From the NCBI GenBank assembly GCA_036172245.1, contig JAYWIR010000062.1:310001-374000 (forward strand): a stretch of 64,000 nucleotides of DNA, written 5' to 3'. The translations under genes were made by a program, and so were the position numbers. Origin of the DNA: Raillietiella orientalis. Its lineage: Eukaryota. The number at the start of each line of letters is the position of its first letter. Positions within the stretch are counted from its first letter, which is position 1. The notes beneath the pieces were generated by a model, which saw only the letters and a program-made list of their open reading frames with translations, ran no database searches and was not told the origin of the DNA. This document shows positions 11,601 to 33,999 of the stretch, one piece after another.

Positions 11601-14226
11601 AAATCACTTTTCAATCAATCATTCCATAAACCTCTCCATTTGAACACTTGCACTTTCCCCATTTCATTTTACACCAAACTCTTTGCTGTTGAAAGAAAAG
11701 TCTGAATGACTATTTTGACACTTACAAAACATTCACAAGCACATGACCAAAGAATTCACAATGCAAAACATAAATGTGTTTACCCTCCCACAGATTAGCA
11801 GCTCCTTCTCTTCTGTTTCTTTTTGCAAGAGGAATGCATGAAAAGTATTGCTGACTATGGAGAAATCAAGACAGCAAAGATTCAGAATTCTTCACGTAGG
11901 GAACAAAATTACACCAGCCCCCACAAGTTTCGATTGCTTTTCTATGTTATTGTTGTTGTTTTTTTTCTCCCTTCTTTTCACTGCATAACTTACACATCTC
12001 AACACGTAAATCAGACTTGTGGAAATCACTTTCAGGAAGAAATACCCAAGACAACGTAGGTGAATTTTATTCATTCCAAATAAACATGCCTACATTCACT
12101 GAATCAATTACTTTCTGAATGCTTGAGAAACCTTTGCACGCTGTTAAACATAAACTATGTTGTAAAAATCAGGTTTTCATGTCCACACATATTTTTGTTT
12201 CTTGTTTGTGTGTGTTTGTAGCCAGACAGTTACACTGAATTGAAAGAATTTCAATAAAACGAACGGATAATCAGTGACCGAATTGCGAATTCCGACAGCA
12301 AGGCTTTCAAAAAATCAAATTCTGAAATTCTGATGAAAGATTTACAGTTTCCATGTCATCAAACAAAAGCAAACTCATTCTAGTGATTACTGCTTATACT
12401 TTCAAAACAACAATCTGATGTTTAATTTGTACTTGCTGAGGACCACTAGGATGAAGACATCAAGCATAATGAAAAGAACAACACAATGAATTGCACTAAC
12501 TGACAAAGTGAAGTAGACCTGTGGAGTGCATGTTGCTTTGATAGCATTCATACAGTACAGCTATTCCGGGAGCATAGATAAGTCAACTGAAAACACAAAC
12601 TGCCAAAGAACTACCAAGGCAAAGGTTGCTTCTGGAAGATAAGGCAACCTGCAAAACTGCGAGAAAACAAAATTGGAATTATTGCAAATTATGATTCATT
12701 TCAAGTATCGTGATTCCCAAACATGGAATTGCAATTATGTGACCACTTGAATCTTCACATTCTTTTCCACAATGAAAATTTCGATACTGCACTTACAATT
12801 CGATAATTTTCGAAAGCAGCACTTGTGCTATTTCCAAAGAAACACTAAGATGTAGAGAATGGGATAAGCTGCTGCAAATTATCTGTGAATACACGAAAAT
12901 GGTGCAAAAACAAAAACTGTGTGCATGTAATACAGAATGATGATTGTACATAGCTTACAACCTTGTTAAAGCAGCAAAAATTAAGGGTTACATTTGAACA
13001 ACCATTTATGGTAACAACGGGAACTTGTTGCCTCCTCCATTAGTGTGATGACAAATGGTCCCAAACACCTTTTCGAAAATCAAATGCAAAAGCACAAGAA
13101 TGAAAGAATATTTCAGCCATGGACTTACTGTACGGTGCCACCAACAAACACATGTTAAGAACATGTGTGGCAATTCTATACACCCACAAGAAACTGCACT
13201 CCAAGTTACTTTTATAACTGGGGATGTCTGCGACTCTTATGCTTGCGAATACAGAAGTACATCAGTAGTCTTGTATTCACAAACACAAGAATACGAAAAG
13301 AGTCAGTAAGCAAGAAATCGTTTTAGCACACTCTTTTTAACGATATAAATGCTCCAAGTTACTTTTGCAAGAAGATGCATACGTTTTCTTCTGATGTCAG
13401 TGCATTCCTTTGATAGTAGCTACAGGCAATGAAAAGCTAATTATGAAAACACCGATCAGAAACAAAAGAAATGTGAATACTGAATCCTGCAATCTGAAGA
13501 GAATGGGGATATCATTTTGGAAACAGCGAAATTCTTTGGCAGAGTGAAAAATACTGCTGGTGATGGCTTCACTTTTACAAAGAGAAATACTACAGTTCAG
13601 TATTGATTACAGCAACTTCAAAGTGATGGAAAACCTAAGCCATACACATACCTAAGCATGAGTGTTCTCAACACGATGAGGTACACTCGACTTGGATCAC
13701 TTTTGCAGAAATTCAATGAGCTATGGCTGTGATTTCACAAGACGTGTCACGGGGAGTGTTCACACCTCCAACGCATTGGGGACTCGGTCAATACAAGATA
13801 TCTTTCCCTTGAAACCAGTTTGGCCGGTTAACACTGCAAGCAGAACTCACCAAGGCACAAATTCAATCCAAGCAACCTGGCCAACGGAGCGTTGTTTCGT
13901 GTGATGTCCGGAAAACTTTTGTGATAAAGTGAATCGCTTCGATATGCCTGCAATCGGAAAAAACTGCTCGAAACCTCGGAATGGTGAGCAAAACAACGCG
14001 TTGTGAAAGGACAAAATCCAGGGAAGCGTTCGAACACGAGTACGAAATTGCGAGGCTTGCGTCGCCCCTTCGTGTACCGTACATGCTGGAATGTCGTTCC
14101 GTATTCAATCTGCATACGACCAGTTCGTGTAAAACTCGAGGCACAAACCTGCACGGCTGTACCTCCCCCACTAGCTGCTGCTTTGGCACAGCTGCTGGTG
14201 GGCTGGGATGGCTTTTTCGGTGGCAT
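8666..14226 (-). CDS. PIN4: Parvulin-type peptidyl-prolyl cis-trans isomerase (Par14), 118 aa
   Basis: Three phase-0 exons: 14226-14149 ([26 protein letters not shown]), 11474-11355 ([40 protein letters not shown]) and 8824-8666 ([52 protein letters not shown]). Canonical GT-AG sites. Confidence 0.93.
9050..10400 (-). mobile_element. Possible highly decayed piggyBac-like transposase remnant in PIN4 intron 2
   Basis: Weak colinear resemblances only: MSFKQCQ (~MSRNRF), [14 protein letters not shown] (~SIDEAMVPFKGRC), WSGMDEK (~MGGVD), ILLSIAG (~LLDIA). No TIRs identified. Confidence 0.3.
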
Positions 14227-14279
14227 CCTCACAGTCCGTTGCGGGTGTTTCCCCCTGCTTTGATGGTGGAGGGCCACGA

Positions 14280-14720
14280 AGGAGAAGACGAAGCTTTGCT
14301 GTCCACGCAGGACCACTTGGTTCGTGCAGGCGGGGAGAAGGCCTAAGGGGCGGCGACGACCACGCGCGACTCCTCCGCACCGACCGAACAGACGATGCTC
14401 TCTCGGCCAGAGGGGGTGCCACCGGCTCCAGCTGCAGAATCTGCGGGAGGAGCTTTGCCGTGCCCTCCACCCCTGATCAGCCAAAGGAACGTTCGTTCGT
14501 TTAGAGGAAAAGCGATGGGAGAAAAGACCTCTGCGGGGAGGGAGGCACGCAGTGGTACATGCGTAGGCTCGAGAAAGAGCACGCCCTGGGGCACTGCCCT
14601 ACACGACCTGCCGTCGGTTGGCTACATCGTTGCTATCATACGATAGGCCTCTGTGTCCCATGGCTTTCCCCCATACGAACGGAAGGTGCTTCTCGTAAAT
14701 CGTTCTTTCTTTGCTTTTGC
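14280..14720 (+). mobile_element. Possible old Tx1-like ORF2 fragment just upstream of the PIN4 start codon
   Basis: EALLST..LVRAGGEK, LISQRNV, MGEKTSAG and CPMAFPHTNGR resemble the L1/Tx1 linker and RT0-1 motifs. Short nucleotide matches to the reverse complement of 5135-5260. Confidence 0.3.
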
Positions 14721-17599
14721 TCGTTCCCGTCAAAGTTTCGTCGCTTTATTTCGCAGCCAAACGAAAACGATTGACTTACGTATTCTGAAGAAGACATTGG
14801 CGTCTACAACCGCCACTTGTTTGGTGGATTCGAATGCAGTAATTTCATAAAATAGACAGGTGTTCTCATAATCAGGTGTTTCCGGTCTTATGTAGAAATT
14901 GAGAGACGTAGATCACCGAATGCGGCATTTACCTCCCATGATCGAAAACGGGATTTCCTTTCTGACTAGAAAGAGGATGGTAAACGGGAGCATGCAGTAC
15001 GGCTGTATCTTTCCGTACTTCCCGATGGAACTTTGAACACCTCCTTCATTGTGATACTCATGAATGTGAAAACTCTACCGTTCAGAAGGATGGTATGGTG
15101 AGGACAATCTAGTAATGAATTATCATCTGTGTATCTTCTTGAAAAAAGGCCAAGGAAGCTCCTACCGGAGAAAAGCCATTTCTTCAAGATATAAGATCTA
15201 GAAATTATTGCCAATTATCGGTTTTATGCAGCAGCGTGTCTGCTAAATTTAGATTGTTTTTCCCCCCCCATTTTATAAAAGCACTTGCGATTTCGTGTTG
15301 AGGATGCGGCTGTTTGCAGTGAATACAGAACAAACGCACATTAGTGTGCTCTCCAACTTTCTGGTTTAGCAGCTTTGTCTATATGCACAATCCTTCATAT
15401 CTTCTTTGTTATGCAAGTTGCATAACGGAATCCGACTCTGCATTCCAGTGGTTTACGAAATTTGGAGTTATATTGGAACTACTTTGATGGAAGGTTTCAT
15501 TGCTCATTCCCAGTTTATTTACCTAGAAATTTTCCAGCCAATGGTCATCAGTATCTCGAATGACCAATGACACAATTCTCATAAAAGTATGTGCGAAGCT
15601 TCGAAAAAGACAAGAAATTGACGGTAACAAGGCACTCGATCATTCTCTGTTCAACTTTCTGTGCATCAAAGAAATCATGAATAGGATTCTTCAATGAACT
15701 AAAAAATTTGCACTACAAGTGGGTAATATAAAAGAGAAATCAAAATATGTTTTCCTACATTCAAAGGGAGATAATTAGGCATTCCATTTCTCCAGCACTG
15801 AATTTTGGTACTAATGTTTTGATCCTGTTGAACATGATGTGCGTCGTTGACCTTTGCACTACATGAAAATGATGGTTGAAGGCTTATAGCCTCTTTGTGA
15901 AACGAACGGTGACTTTTAACAAAGAAACTGTTACGACCGAGAAGCTCTGAAGAATTCTGAGAAATGACACGCTGGCATTACTTCATCGTTTATTCAGATA
16001 CTTCCGATTTGCTGTTATAGCTTTATTGTGCCTTTCTATAGCTGATGGCAGAAACTTTGGTGGATATGTTTTCCGTTTCGACAGAGTTTTTTCATCCTAC
16101 GAATCTTTCTTCTCGAAACTCTGATGTATCTACCATTTCTGCAATAAATCTCAAACTTTTAAAATCTAATCTTCAGTTTTAGAAGCTAGCCTTTTTCGTT
16201 GGATGAGCCCATTCAGTTAAGTTGAAATGCCACTCAAATTATTTGGTGTCACTTAAGCTTTTTTAGAACCTTTTTCCTTTTTAAATTCCATTCAAGCCTC
16301 CAAAAACTTTTTTCCCGTTCGTTCTTCCGGTTGATAAATAACGCCATCGCTATCGTACTTTTGTTATTCATGTAAGTTTCAACATCATCATCACAGTTGA
16401 ACACTATCTGTCCCTGTTTGCTGGACAAGGCATTCAAGACTTCAGAAAGTAGGTCTTCAGTGTTTGTAGCGTACGAGGCCTACGAAAGCTACTTTAGCTT
16501 GTGTTTTCCTCCCTCTGTGTCCTGGGTCTCCTGTTTTTGCGTCCCAAACTTTTCCATATCCTGTTTCTCGTGCAGCTGCAAGACTTTCTTTGTGGATCAC
16601 GTGTTCGTTCCTAAACTCCATGACTGCTTTCGATTTGCTACATTGTTTCTCAATGTAATCTGGAAGTCATGGGAAGCTTTCGAATTTTATTCCAAGAGAG
16701 ATGACAAACGTGGTTGCAATGAAGAGAAGGGACGGATGCTGGAGAGTTACACTGGAAAATCGAGCCATTTGCTCCTGACGGAGAAACTGAATCGAACTTA
16801 AGGAAGGCAAATGGTGAATTTCTCCAAGGAAGGATTATACAGAAGCTGTGAACATAATGGCGGCGAGGGAATCAGTGTTGAGATGATCTTCCATATTTTT
16901 AGTAGTGTTTGCTGATTCTAGTAGTGTCAAACATGATCCATAATGAGGCATGAGTGTTTGGAGGGAGCAGTTTGCTGAAGAGAAAGTGAAACTCCTGTAT
17001 GGAAAATTTGTCCTAGTCAGCAGAATTTTTATCAAACAAAATTTTTTTTTTATTTCCCGATTCTAATGTTGAAATGCAGATCATTGCAATGTTGCATAAC
17101 TGTAATATTAAACGGAAATTAACGTTTTCTGAGTTTGTTTCACGACAAACGATTTACCAGTGAAAAATTAAATTTGTCATCATTATGATCTGAATTCCTC
17201 ATCGGAAACATTTTTAAGTGACAAAAAAAGTAATTTTTCGAAAACGATTTAACTTTTAGAAAAAAGAGAAAAACAACGCGAATTCATTTGTATCTTAAAA
17301 ATGATTGCCAGTGTTCCCTATTGTGTGTAATGATGGAGAAGTTTTCTTATGGTATATAATTTTCTTTTCGAGAAGAAATGAAAGTATGCCAAGATTCATC
17401 AACGCTTTGATACTTCATGTAGCACTCACATTTATGAAAACTCAGGCAATCTAAATCACATGATACTCATGGATAGAAGTTCTGTTGCAGTACCTCTGGA
17501 CATAAAAATAAACGAATCCTAATTGCAAGAGGATTTCAAGGAAGTGGTATCACATATTATAATGGAATAGGATCAATTTCAAAACACTAAAATCCTAGA

Positions 17600-18560
17600 T
17601 TTCTGAAATTAGATTCATTAGTATATTTTCAAATGCGGACTTTTTTCCCGTGGAATCGTTGCAAAGCCAAAGATTGCAACTCTGGAAAGCATTGAGCCAC
17701 ACAAAACTTTAACCAACAAATCGAAAATTTGAAAGTACAAAAGCCTCAAAGTACCTTAAGAAATAATCAATAAGGGTTTAAAACGATTGAGGACACCTTA
17801 TCAATGATGAAAGCAACCTGTGCCGTCGATGGCATCAGCATCTAACAAATAAGGAAATAAGGGATTCACTGAAAGAAAAACTTATGAGATAGTATTTATG
17901 AAGAGACTATGAGAGTATCTCTTCCGAGCACTGGTTACAAGTTACCCTAAAGATCCCCTTCAGTGTGAGCAGAATGCAGCCTTTCAGCTTAATAACACCA
18001 CATGATTTATAGATGTTCGGGGCTAATTAAAAAGAAAATTATAACTTTCCATGAAAATGGAGCCATCCTTTAATATGTGACTTCGTGTTTCTTGCACGTG
18101 TTCTTTCATTGCACTTATCCCTATTCCAAACTGACGGCTGAGTTCACATGACATGGAAAAATTGAAATCAAAAACTAAATTGCAATCAAATTCCACACGA
18201 ATTTATAAAGGGAGATACTTTTAAATAAAGGGCCGTATATGAGAAACGGATTGACTGGTTTTTAATGAAGTCATTCGCTGTTTGGAAAACGGAACTTTTG
18301 CAGGTAAATCCTTTCTCCAATAGAAAAAAGAAAAAGAAAAAAAGGAATAAAGAATCCTCCGTGAAATTCTCTCCTGAGCAGTCAATCTCAAAGAAGTTCT
18401 ATCTCTTTTTTTTATTGACAGCTTCATAGTTCCGCAGAGGTCCATTTCAAGTTCATTTCAAACATCAAAATTCTCGGTTCTTGATACTTCAAACCATTTT
18501 CGATCAAAGTAATCTACTTAGCATGTCGTAACTTTTGGGAGTTACTAAGATGACGAAATA
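17600..18560 (-). mobile_element. Possible decayed Tc1/mariner transposase remnant
   Basis: Colinear faint motifs KWFE...NFDV (~18500), PFSKQRMT (~18280), VAFIIDK (~17805), CFPELQS (~17680) resemble mariner WF..F..G.FD, PFLKRMVT, FHHDNA and YSPDLAPS. Confidence 0.3.
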
Positions 18561-19047
18561 ATAGGGACTCCAATTGGAATTTAATTTCCCTGATTACATC
18601 CCACTCCTTATTTTCTCTTTTCACGGAAGATTTCGTTTTCATTTGTTTCACTTTCGAGATAAGCTGCTAATGTGAAGCATTAGTAGTGAACAAATTCTGG
18701 GCCTTTAGTTTTGCTACAGAATGTGCCCAAGGTAGTTTCCACGAGCTGCAAAAGCTGCAAAGTTTTCCAGAAGGAGAAGTGTTCCGTATTTTCGTATAAT
18801 TGTTGTCTCAATAATTTAGAATGGGTAATTAAAGAAAATGATGAAGCTCCGATTGCAACAATTTCTGCAAATCTAACAACGATTTTATTTGAAGAATGTT
18901 TGGGATGTGAAGGCTTTCGTTGCCTCGTCGGATTTTCTTTCGTGGACCTCAAAGCCAATTAATCCCACTAAGTACTTTGGATTGTTTTGGTAACGGCAAG
19001 AGATGTTTGGGAACTTGTGAATTATGCTTCAAAACACGAGGAAGTAA

Positions 19048-29231
<10,184 letters not shown>

Positions 29232-32200
29232 GTGCTATCAATTATGAGGAACTTATCTTTTGTCTGCATATGGAATTACTATGTAGAGGTTATGCTTTTT
29301 GAAGTCAGCACAAAGAGTAATGCACAACTGAGGTTGCCGTTTTAACTCTGGTGCTTTGCTTTGTTTGCCATATTTGATACGATTCTGCATTTTAAACGCT
29401 ACCATATTTTTCTGTCCATTAATTGGAATTTTCATGATAGCTTTATTTGTATAAGGAATGTCAAATGGCAGAGTTTACACGTGTCTACTGTTTTTGTAGA
29501 GTAATGCATGATACTAGAAACAACATACTCAGAACATGAGCACAATGGCTTTTTAACAAAATGTGTGTATTTTACCAATATTAATATAACTTCTTTTTTC
29601 ACTTGCCGTGGTGCGTTTGTTTTCATTTTTTTCGTCTTCTTCCTTCACTTATTTTACATAACAAGTGAAATTAGATGTTTCCTGTTTTCTCCCTCCCTCT
29701 ATTGCTTTGTAATGCACTAAGTAGTAAGCGAAAAAAGAAGTTAAATTTCAAATTGGAAATGAGTTTTGTTGAAGGCGTTTTCTTGACCAGGAATGCATTT
29801 TCAAGATTGGAAATGGAAACAGTAGGTTTCAGGATTATATTAAGCTTAACTGAGTGAAAGTAGGAGCTCATAAGCATAACTGTTTCTAGGCTTCGAACGA
29901 AGAATCGACATCGTATATTTAGGGTTCATATTCAGATGTATTCAAACATGTCAGCTTGCATGAACAATAATGCTGGTTATCAGCACATTCAGATGTATTT
30001 TTTGAAACAGATACGTTTGGAATGGGGAACATTGCATGATTGTTCCTGTATAAGATACTCTGATAGGTTGAAAAACTGATTGAAAGAATTTAGAGAGTAA
30101 AGGGATTGTTTTTTTTTTTTTTTTTTCTTTTCGTCTTCTCTGTCTTCCCCCCTCCCCCCTCCCCATTTTACATCCTACAGCTGCACAAAGTTGAGAGTAA
30201 AGAAACACTCTGTGAATTTCATTACACGTGAAGCTGGGGAGGGTTCAGTCGAAGGATTAAGGCTGGGAAGCGTCGTCAGGATCGAGCAAAACGAAATGAA
30301 ACATTAATTAGCAAACAGCTGGTGGTCCTATCAGATTGTCAGGATGGTTGAAAGCCGCAGGAGCAAGCGAAGGCAGCAGAATGAAATCCTGCTGTTTGCT
30401 GTGGGATAAATAATAGTTAGTAATGTTTGTTTGTGCTCATTAATAAAAGAGAGGGACTCTGATCCCTAAGACAAAAGAGTTGGTTGGTAGCCGTTTTCAG
30501 TTAGAAACAATTGAGGTACCATTCTAATCGTTTGATGTGTAAGTATCATCCAGTTGTAAAGGTCTGCTCGATAACGTGGCGATTCAGCGTAGGAATCGGA
30601 AGATGCGCGGCTTTGCGTGAAAAAAAGAATGAAAAAAAAAAAAAAAAAATTCGTGATAGGAACGGTAGCAAATAGAGTGTGTTAGCTATTTAACATGTGT
30701 CGTGAATGCACATCGGGAGTCCGTTGCACAAAAAAAGGTAATAAAAGAGTTTATGATGTGTTCCAAGTTAGCAGTGATCATAATAGCCTGAGCAGAGATC
30801 ACTTGGCTGCCCAATGCCCGCGTGGCGAACCGTCCGTGGGTGCTCATTCCCAGATGTGTACAAACCGTGCCGAACGGGTAAATCCCGCCGAAGGGATGCA
30901 GGTGATTTCATGGGACTCGATCACTCAGTGTACAGGATAATTGCAAGCAGTGTAAGATTGGTGCGTTTTTTACCAATATGAAGAAGGAAAGAAGAAAGGA
31001 AAATGTGCAGAGCCACTTTCTGAGCAGGAGGCTGCTGCTTTATCTTGAAAGAGACGTGTGAAAGAGTTGCTTTCTCGGATCCTTGTGAAGACCGTAATGG
31101 GACCATCAGGCTGCTGCTTGTAAGAGGATTTCCGTGCGTGGAAGTTGGCGGACCATTTCCCTGCCGAGAACCTCCGTGTTATCCTTTCGTGGCTCGTAAT
31201 GGGCAGCGGGAAAATCAGCCGTGAAGAGAGCATCACTTTGTTCCCGTGGGTTGTAAAAGACGTGGGTGAACAGCGTTTGCCTTGGTGAGGAAAAGCGGAT
31301 GCTGGAGACCGTGCTGCAAGTGCAATCCACTGGATCGGCGAAACGAGATGATCGACGGTTCCCCCCCCCCCCCTCCCTTGTCGTCTGTCGTTTGGTACGC
31401 CATTCGGAAGGTGCTTCGCCCCAACCATGTACTGTAGTGTACTGTTGGTTTGCTTACCATTCCTGTGCGTCGAAGAGGTGGTCTCCCAGCAAACGGAGCG
31501 TGGACGGAACTCCGGAAACGTTCGGCGAGCCCATTTTCCCAAGGAGGATGACCGGTGGACACGGCAGTGCTCCTGGCAACCGAGGAACGACCGAACGTGG
31601 TCGTCTAACGAGGAATAGGCCATTCCCGAGTTACGTCGTGTTGCTTTGCTCCGTTGTTTATTCCATTTTGCGTGTGTTGCCAACCGCGCGTTTCGCGAGG
31701 GCATCGCTGATTTACAGGACACCGCAAGGCAATGATGCCCCCACGTCATCCTCTGTGGTCCTTTCCTCCACCCTTCACCATTCTCTCGTAGACTTTCGTG
31801 TGCACTCTGTTCGTTGTGGAACAGAGACCAGCGGGTGGCTCAGACTTTTGCAGTGTCGGTCTTTCATTTAGCTTGTGTTTTGCTGGGTGGCAGCTGATTG
31901 CTTTTCTCGCCTACGTGCCCCCTCTTTTCCTACCCCCCCCCCCCCCCCCATTTTGAATAGAGCGCGCGCACGTGAATTTCCGGAAATTCACGGATTCGCC
32001 GATGGTCGGGCGGCGTGCACGTTGCGACGGTGCGTTTTTGTTGGGACGTGTCGGGACCCGGGAAGCGCTTGGGGGCGTTCCTTTTCCCGAAAAGCAGGCG
32101 AATCCGTCGCCCGTCGCCGGCACGTGGGTCGCCGTGTGTTGGTTGGCCCACTTGGGCCCGGGTGCGCACGTCGTGCGCCCCGACGTCGGCAGCGCCAGAG

Positions 32201-33999
32201 CTGCGCTAATGGCACGGGTGGTGCTCCCGCCGCCCAGTTCCCGGGAACGGGAACCTCGGAGGGAAGCGAACGGGACGCTTCACGCATCCCCCCCCCCCCC
32301 CCGGTCTCCCGTCCGGGATGCATCCGGACGTGCCTTCTCGCGAAGAGGCGCCCACGTGACTTTTTACTCGCGTCTGCCGCGTGCGGGGGTGGAAATCGGC
32401 TTGCCTGCGGGCGAGCACCTTTTTCGACGCATTCTAAACCGTGATCTGCTTATTTATTTATGTGTATTTTTTCAGGGAAAATGGGAAAACCTGTGTGTGT
32501 GTAAGCTCTTCGGCGGATTCGCCCATGATAACGTCTCCATCGGATGTCACTGAAATTTACAAAAATCAGAAAAGGAAAGCAGAGGGCTCAGAAACGTTCT
32601 CCTCACGGGAAAATATGCACAGTTTAAAAAAGATGAAGTAAATTAAATTAATAGTAATCATTTTTCAGAATTTTTCTATAATAAAATTTAGATGTTCCTC
32701 TTATTAATTTTCCTTAAAATTTATTTGAATCTCTTTGGATTTTTTTTTATGAGTCTGAGGCGAGCATAGCTGTCCGGTAGAATCGCCCTGCAAACGTTCG
32801 GCGCCCTCCTCGTGCGTCTCGGCGGTCCTCGCGTGTTTGGTTGACCTCTGCAGAACTCGGGGTCGGGGACGAACGTTTTGTTTGGAGAGCACCTTGCCCG
32901 GCGTCGGGAGGCGTTCGTCCTGGTGGCACCGAAGAGTTGGGACTGGACGCGAGAGGCGCGCGTTTGCGTTGCTTGACCTGGACGTGTTGCTGCGTGTCGA
33001 TTACGTAAGGACCCGCAGGGATTGCGCCGCTGCAAGCGTGGGAGGCGAGCGACGGGGTCCATCGGGGAGAGAGGCGCCGCGCAGTCTTTTGCTACTCCTC
33101 CTGCCGTGGGGACCGCTCCCCTGCGTGAAGCTCGCGCGTGCGGGCGCTCCGCCCAAGTGGACGGCAAGTCCTCCTCCTCGTTCCCCGTGGGAACCCTTCG
33201 GCCGTCCGATCGGCCGATTGTGGGTGCACCCCGCAGTGACCTCGCTCCGCTTCGCCCCCGGACAGCGATCACGTGGGGTCTGCCGGTGTGTCCCGAGCGG
33301 CCACGCGTCGTGCTGGGCGGCGACGCACGGAAGCGTGTCGTCGGTTGCTGATGCTGATCTCCACGACGAAATGAGAGTTTGCCTCCGGAACGAACGCCTC
33401 TGCTCGCGAGGATGCGGGGAACGCGTGCTGCTGGAAAAGCTGGAGCCGCCCGAAGAGTTGTTGTTGTTGTTCCCGGTCCACGGGTGGGAAGCACACTGTC
33501 ACCGCACCTGCCCGTGCCTCGCTTGCTCAGTGCACGGCTTCGTGCCGCCTCCTCCCCCGGTCCGTGTTTGCTACTCACTCTCTCTCTCTCCCCCCTCCCC
33601 CTTTCCTTTTCTCTTGCGTTCGTCGCTCTTTCGCCGTTCTTGCGGAAATCCCACTGCAAGGCGCCGTGCTCCATGCACAGAGAGAAGGGGTATGTGGAGC
33701 GAGCGCTTCCTGGCGCACGGGCGATCTCCGAGCTGACGGAAGGCCCCCCCCCCACCCACCCCCCTACCATTCTCCGTCGCGGGTAACGATGCGTTCGCAA
33801 AAGGAGTGTTTGCCGGCGCTACGCCAGCACGTCGGACACGCGGTGCAAAACAACGTGTGTGCTGCGTGGCAGACGCGCGCGAGCCGCGCGCCGCACCAGT
33901 GCTCTCCTCGCGCGTGCTCTCCGTTGTTTTTCTGGACCATCTTTGCCGTGTGGCGAGGCGGGAAACGACGCACGCGTGCCTCACGTGCGCACGCATCCT

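Noticed and set aside
14966..15214. ORF with SRRYTDD, resembling a Penelope-type RT
   Set aside because: A single motif with unconvincing flanks.
16500..16620. Minus-strand KVWDAKTGD, WD40/STRAP-like
   Set aside because: Isolated, wrong spacing, and no further repeats or clear exon structure.
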